Of a stretch of 36,074 nt of DNA, positions 31,356-36,074 are shown piece after piece; position 1 is the stretch's first letter; every line of letters starts with the position of its first letter. The stretch lies in the IMG/VR virus record IMGVR_UViG_3300045181_000026. The stretch is one strand, 5' to 3'. The position numbers were made by a program, and so were the translations under genes. Under the pieces are notes generated by a model, which worked only from the letters and a program-made list of their open reading frames with translations, made no database searches and had not been told where the DNA came from. Origin of the DNA: a virus.

Positions 31356-34123
31356 ACATCGACATCCAGGCACGCCGAGCCGCCCAGCGGCTCGCCGACG
31401 AGATCGCCGACCTGCGCGAACTCACGCGAGATCTCGCCACCACCCCGCAGCTGACGTCCTCCTCGATCGACTCGGGGTCCCTGCTCGTCCGCGATGACGA
31501 CGGCTCGCTCATGGGCGAGGTCGGCCTACAGCACGACGGCACCTGGGGCGCGACCACTCTCAACGGTCCCGAGCCCGCGGCACCGACACCTCCCGTTCTC
31601 GACGGCGGTGTCGGCGTGCTCGCGGTCCGCTGGGACGGCGGACTCGTCAACCAGCCCGTGCTCCCGCTCGACTTCGAGGCCGTCGAGGTCTACGCCGCGA
31701 CCGGCCGCGACCCCGAGATCACGGCGGCGGACCGACAGGGAGTCATCACCGCGCAGGCCGGCGGGGCGAAGGTCCTGTCCCTCGCGCCGGGCACCTGGCG
31801 CGTCGGGCTCGTGACCCGCGCGGTCTCCGGCCGGCGCTCGCCGCTGTCGGGCCTGTCGGCCGGGCTGGTGGAGGTGCCGGCGGACGCCGTGGCGATCAAT
31901 GACGCACTGGTAGACGCGGTCGAGGGGATCACGCAGGCGAAGGCCGACGCTCAGGCCGCGCAGGACTGGATCGAGACGACGGGCGGAGAGCTCGGCGATC
32001 GCCTCGATGCCGCGTTCATCCAGGTGGGCACCGCGCAGAGCACGGCGGATGCCGCGAGCACGGCCGCTGGGAACGCACTCAGCGTCGCGGAGGCGGCCGT
32101 CGTGTCCGCGAACGGGAAGAACGCCCGCATGGGTGGCACGACGCCGCCCTCCGGTGACGGCACGGCCGTCGGCGATACCTGGTGGCAGTACGAAGACGCC
32201 TCACGTGCCGTCGTCCTCAGACAGTGGACCTGGGACGGCGACGAGTGGGTGCAGGACCAGTACGGGCACGAGGTCATCTCCTCGGCCGACATCGGGTCCC
32301 TCACGGTCACCGGCCAGAGCACGCTGGCGGCGGCGGTCATCGAGCGGCTGTACGCGGACGTCGTCCGGTCGCGGAAGATCGGCACCGACATGCTCCTCGT
32401 CGGGGCCGGCACGAACCTCTTGGCGGACCCCCGCTTCACGGACGCCACCCTCACCGAGGCACGGCGCTCGCGGTCTGGCGCCACGGTCTCCTCGGCGGGC
32501 CTGACGCAGACGACGTTCATGTACTACGGGCCGACCTCGAACCTGATCGCTCGCGACTCGGCTATCCAGGTCGCCGAGGGCGAGGTCTACCGGATCCGCG
32601 TCCCCGTCGCGGACATCACCGGCAGCGCCCCGTACATCCGGATCGAGCGGTGGACCGCCGGCGGCAGCCGCCAACTCCTCGGCGCCGCCGCGGACACGAC
32701 TATCACCGATGGCGTGGCGGAGATGGTGTGGACGGTCCCGGCCGGTGCGGTGTGCTTCCACCCGATCGTGTATGCGGCCTCCGGCTCGTACACGGTCGGC
32801 CCTGGCGGGTCGGTGGTGCAGCTGATCGACTCGCCGCTGATCGTGGACGGCGGCGTGACCGCGAGCAAGATGAACGTGGCCTACACGGACCCCGAGACGG
32901 GTTACGGGATCCAGATCGTGCCTGAGGGCATCACGCTGCTGGGGCCTGAGGGTAATCCGATCGTGTCGATCCGGGCTGACGGCTCGGTGGCGATCGCGGT
33001 GCTCGATGCGGACGGCGCGATCGTCGGTGGCATCGACGGGGACGGCAACGTTACGGGGCGCACGGTCTCCGCGAACGAGGGTCTGGAGTACAAGGGCACC
33101 GAGCTTCAGGAGCTTCTTGATGCGTTGCCGCGCGGGATCATGGCGCACACGCGGAACACGTCGGACGCGCTGGTCGGTACGAGCAACGCACGACTTCTTG
33201 CTGTCACGTTCCGGACGCCGAAGGACAATCGGAAGATCCGGGTTGGCTTTCGTGGGCACGCGGGAACGGCGGCGCCCCGCGCGTACTTCCAGCTTCGTCA
33301 GGCGGCGGGCGACTCCGTGGGGCCGAACAACAGTCAGCAGCATTCTTGGTATCTGCCGGGCCTCGGGTCGGGGCACTCGCAGTCGTTCGAGTTCTCGCAC
33401 ACGCGGTCGGTGAGCGAGTGGGGTTGGCCCTACGACGCGACGATCACGCTCGGTATCTTCGTCCGCTCTCTCGACACGGGTGCCACGCTGAACTTCACGT
33501 CCGGGAACAACCAGGAGATGTGGGTCGAGGACATCGGGCCGCGCGAGGATGCGGTCGCGCACACGCCGTGGGTTCCGTCCGGTGGCGGCGGCACGGGCGG
33601 TGGGAACGAGACCCAGCCGGGCAAGCGCCTCTACACCGCGACGTTCAATTCGACGTGGGTGCAGTCGTTCGCTGGCGGTCCGGGGGGTTCGCGGTATGCG
33701 TACAACCCGCCGGCGCAGACCCGGGGGTACTCGGGGTACTGGTCGAGCGCGAACGGCGTGCTCTCGGCGATGTGGGGCTTCGATCGGGCCGCGATCATGG
33801 CTTTCTGCTCGGGTGCGGACATGGTGTCGGCGCGGCTGCGGCTCAAGAACGATCACTCCGGGAACAACGGGGCGACTGTCATCGAGCTGTGGAACGCGCG
33901 AGCGGACTCGCGACCGAACAACGAGTCCGGTCGAGCTCGCATCGGCTCGCCGTCGTTCTCGCCTGGTCAGACGAGGTGGTTGGGTGTCGACGCGGCCATG
34001 CCCGAACTGAAGAACGGCAACACGTCCGCGTTCCGCATCAACCCGCCGTCGTGGCGCGCGTCCACTGCCGACTACGGCTACTTCAACGGGACTGCGGTCC
34101 TAGAGATCACGGTGAAGAAGTGA
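31352..34123 (+). CDS. Large minor tail / receptor-binding protein (923 aa)
   Basis: GTGA overlap. N-terminal coiled coil, central coiled coil, C-terminal beta-rich region. Confidence 0.65.
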   Translation: MNIDIQARRAAQRLADEIADLRELTRDLATTPQLTSSSIDSGSLLVRDDDGSLMGEVGLQHDGTWGATTLNGPEPAAPTPPVLDGGVGVLAVRWDGGLVNQPVLPLDFEAVEVYAATGRDPEITAADRQGVITAQAGGAKVLSLAPGTWRVGLVTRAVSGRRSPLSGLSAGLVEVPADAVAINDALVDAVEGITQAKADAQAAQDWIETTGGELGDRLDAAFIQVGTAQSTADAASTAAGNALSVAEAAVVSANGKNARMGGTTPPSGDGTAVGDTWWQYEDASRAVVLRQWTWDGDEWVQDQYGHEVISSADIGSLTVTGQSTLAAAVIERLYADVVRSRKIGTDMLLVGAGTNLLADPRFTDATLTEARRSRSGATVSSAGLTQTTFMYYGPTSNLIARDSAIQVAEGEVYRIRVPVADITGSAPYIRIERWTAGGSRQLLGAAADTTITDGVAEMVWTVPAGAVCFHPIVYAASGSYTVGPGGSVVQLIDSPLIVDGGVTASKMNVAYTDPETGYGIQIVPEGITLLGPEGNPIVSIRADGSVAIAVLDADGAIVGGIDGDGNVTGRTVSANEGLEYKGTELQELLDALPRGIMAHTRNTSDALVGTSNARLLAVTFRTPKDNRKIRVGFRGHAGTAAPRAYFQLRQAAGDSVGPNNSQQHSWYLPGLGSGHSQSFEFSHTRSVSEWGWPYDATITLGIFVRSLDTGATLNFTSGNNQEMWVEDIGPREDAVAHTPWVPSGGGGTGGGNETQPGKRLYTATFNSTWVQSFAGGPGGSRYAYNPPAQTRGYSGYWSSANGVLSAMWGFDRAAIMAFCSGADMVSARLRLKNDHSGNNGATVIELWNARADSRPNNESGRARIGSPSFSPGQTRWLGVDAAMPELKNGNTSAFRINPPSWRASTADYGYFNGTAVLEITVKK

Positions 34124-34611
34124 ACCCGGAAGAGATGACGGACGAGGCGATCACCGCCGAGCTGATCGAGATCGATGCCCGCCGGGACCCGCTTCTTGCG
34201 GAGCAGTCCAAGCGGCGGTCGATCGCCGAGCTCGACGGCCGGATAGAGGGGCTCCTCGAGCAGAGGTTCGCGGCGACGGGCTACACCGAGGGCGACGAGT
34301 GGGTGCGCCCGACCGGGTATCACGACGCCTACCCCCTCGGCTGGCGGGTCACGCACGACGGGCGCGAGTGGGAGTCCCTCCGCGCGGGGAACCCGGACGA
34401 GCCCGGCGCCGAGCCGCTCAGCTCGTGGCGGGAGATCGTGCCCGAGGGCGCGCCCCCATCTGAGTGGCAGCGACCCCAGGCCCACAACCCGTACAGCATG
34501 GGCGACCGGGTGACGTTCGAGGGGCAGGTGTGGGTGTCCCTCGTCGACAGCAACGCATGGTCCCCGGCGGAGTACCCCGCCGGCTGGGAGCTCGAGGAGG
34601 GATCGTCGTGA
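34120..34611 (+). CDS. Protein with two CBM5/12-like carbohydrate-binding repeats (163 aa)
   Basis: Two units: EWVRPTGYHDAYPLGWRVTHDGREWESLRAGNPDEPG...W and EWQRPQAHNPYSMGDRVTFEGQVWVSLVDSNAWSP...W. Confidence 0.55.
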   Translation: MNPEEMTDEAITAELIEIDARRDPLLAEQSKRRSIAELDGRIEGLLEQRFAATGYTEGDEWVRPTGYHDAYPLGWRVTHDGREWESLRAGNPDEPGAEPLSSWREIVPEGAPPSEWQRPQAHNPYSMGDRVTFEGQVWVSLVDSNAWSPAEYPAGWELEEGSS

Positions 34612-35078
34612 CTCTTCGGCATCTCTCGCGCGCGCATCGTCTCCTGCGTCGCACTCTGCTGACGGCCGCGTACCTGACGGTGCTGGTGGCGGGCATCAGC
34701 ATGCTGGTCCTCACGCCCCGCACGATCGCCGGGGCACTGGGCGAGGCCGTCATCTACCTGGCCGCGGTGCTCGCCGTGATCGGCGGTCCCGCCGGCGCCT
34801 GGTCCGTGGCCACGGACCGGCCCGGCCGGGACCGGTGGCGCGTCGAACGCTGGGCTGCGCCGTTGGCGGCTGGCGGCGCGCTGGGATACGCGGTCGGTGT
34901 CTGGTCACTGATCGCGGCCGAGACGATCACCCGCATGTCGCAGGGCGCGTGGATCGCCACGTGCCTGCTGCTGCTCATCGACCGGGCCGTCGAGGTCGAC
35001 GCCACGGCCAAGACTCAACGCGTCCTTCACGACCTCAAGCGAGGAGATCCTCGACCGCCGACCACCGACCGGGGGTGA
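34608..35078 (+). CDS. Four-TM membrane protein (156 aa), lysis-cassette associated
   Basis: GTGA overlap. Four hydrophobic segments. Confidence 0.55.
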   Translation: MTLRHLSRAHRLLRRTLLTAAYLTVLVAGISMLVLTPRTIAGALGEAVIYLAAVLAVIGGPAGAWSVATDRPGRDRWRVERWAAPLAAGGALGYAVGVWSLIAAETITRMSQGAWIATCLLLLIDRAVEVDATAKTQRVLHDLKRGDPRPPTTDRG

Positions 35079-35082
35079 TCGG

Positions 35083-35451
35083 GTGGACGCCGCGCCCCTC
35101 ATCACCGCCCTCGGCGGCATCCTGACCGGCCTCGCGGTCGCGATCACTGGCCACCTCCGCAACCGCGACGACCGCAAGCGTGGCGTCCGCGCCGACGAGC
35201 GTGACGACCTGACGGCCCGCGGCGGCATCTGGTCCCAGATCCTCGACGACGTCCAGGAGCACCAGGTCGCACCCCTGCGGGCCGAGCGCGACGACCTGCG
35301 CCAGCAGCTCGACACCCTCTGGACCCGCTACTGGGTCGCGATCGAGTTCGTGCGGCGCCTGCTCGCCTGGATCGGCCGTCGCACCCCACCCGACGCCGAC
35401 GTGCCGGACCCCGTGCCAGACACACCCACCGAGATCCGCAAAGACCTCTAG
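35083..35451 (+). CDS. N-terminally anchored coiled-coil membrane protein (122 aa)
   Basis: GTG 35083. TM segment APLITALGGILTGLAVAITGHL followed by a charged helical region. Confidence 0.55.
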   Translation: MDAAPLITALGGILTGLAVAITGHLRNRDDRKRGVRADERDDLTARGGIWSQILDDVQEHQVAPLRAERDDLRQQLDTLWTRYWVAIEFVRRLLAWIGRRTPPDADVPDPVPDTPTEIRKDL

Positions 35452-35460
35452 GAGGCCCCC

Positions 35461-36074
35461 ATGGCCCAATTCCCCGGCGCCATCCAGAAGCCCATCAGCA
35501 CGAACTTCGGCCTCGTCCGCAGCGGCGGCAAGATCGACCGGACCGCGGCCCGCCCTGGCGGAACGACGGCCGTGATCTATCACGTCGCAGCATCCAAGGC
35601 CGCGAGCCTGCGCGACTACTTCAACCTGCCCGCCGTCCGCGCGTCCTCTCACCTGTTCGTCCTCTACAGCGGGTTGGTCGAGCAGTACGTCGACACCGAC
35701 CACGTCTCCTGGGCGTGCGGGGACGGCGACCTGCGCGCCATCACCGTCGAGACCCAGGGCGTGGACGGCGAGCCGTGGACGGACGCCCAGGTCGAGACCC
35801 TCGCCCAGATCGCCGCGTGGGCGCACCGCACCTACGACGTCCCCCTCCGCCTCATGACCTCCTCCGCGACGAGTCAGCACGGGCTGGGCTGGCACCGCCT
35901 CGGCGTGCAGGGCAACTTCTCCGGCCGGCCCGGCCTCCTTGGCCTGCACCGCTCCAACCTCAAGACCGAGCGGTGGTCATCGGCCTTCGGCAAGACCTGC
36001 CCGGGTGACGACCGGATCTTGCAGATGCCGACCATCCTCGCCCGCGCCAAGCAGATCACCGGCAGCTCGGATCC
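35461..36074 (+). CDS. Endolysin, 5' part: N-acetylmuramoyl-L-alanine amidase (Amidase_2/PGRP-like); the ORF runs off the window end and continues at 1..578
   Basis: GGAGG RBS. My own translation: MAQFPGAIQKPISTNFG...AVIYHVAAS...SSHLFV...VDTDHVSWACGDG...ITVETQG...HGLGWHRLG...FGKTCPGDDRI. No stop before the window end. Confidence 0.85.
   Translation, partial: MAQFPGAIQKPISTNFGLVRSGGKIDRTAARPGGTTAVIYHVAASKAASLRDYFNLPAVRASSHLFVLYSGLVEQYVDTDHVSWACGDGDLRAITVETQGVDGEPWTDAQVETLAQIAAWAHRTYDVPLRLMTSSATSQHGLGWHRLGVQGNFSGRPGLLGLHRSNLKTERWSSAFGKTCPGDDRILQMPTILARAKQITGSSD
35948..36074. repeat. Terminal overlap copy 2 (identical to 1..127)
   Basis: See feature 1..127. Confidence 0.95.

Overview
The window is one complete, circularly permuted genome of a temperate, HK97-type siphovirus-like phage from a high-GC Actinobacterium. 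Host assignment rests on a WhiB gene, a G+C content I estimate by eye at about 68-70%, and GTG/TTG starts. Bases 1..127 are identical to 35948..36074, so the unique genome is 35,947 bp. The contig break falls inside the endolysin gene.

Gene order:
- endolysin 3' part, then a holin, then a terminator
- a terminator-bracketed, lower-GC accessory operon of unknown function (1012..2196)
- a minus-strand acidic lipoprotein
- a minus-strand tyrosine integrase
- a minus-strand XRE repressor whose ORF contains a tRNA-3'-half-like attP core
- a divergent cro-like gene
- an early operon of about 25 small genes, mostly linked by ATGA/GTGA overlaps. These include a DnaN-like protein, WhiB, RusA and several zinc-ribbon proteins. 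The operon is interrupted by three reverse-oriented small genes.
- HNH, Cys-rich and HTH proteins
- a second HNH, a C-tract non-coding region (candidate cos) and a P-loop NTPase
- terS, terL, a portal-MuF fusion, prohead protease and major capsid protein
- head-tail connector genes, major tail protein and G/G-T chaperone
- a tape measure protein with an M23 domain, and minor tail proteins
- a CBM5/12-like protein, two membrane proteins and the endolysin 5' part

The most interesting points:
- An integration-dependent-immunity-like layout, with attP inside the repressor ORF and an integrase ending in -AA.
- The uncharacterised three-gene accessory operon plus lipoprotein, sitting in the lysis-to-integrase moron slot.
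- A reverse-oriented moron flanked by a perfect 21-bp duplication of the cro-stop/next-gene-start junction.
- G-quadruplex and C-tract clusters flanking the packaging genes.

All functional calls come from reading motifs by eye. No database search was possible.
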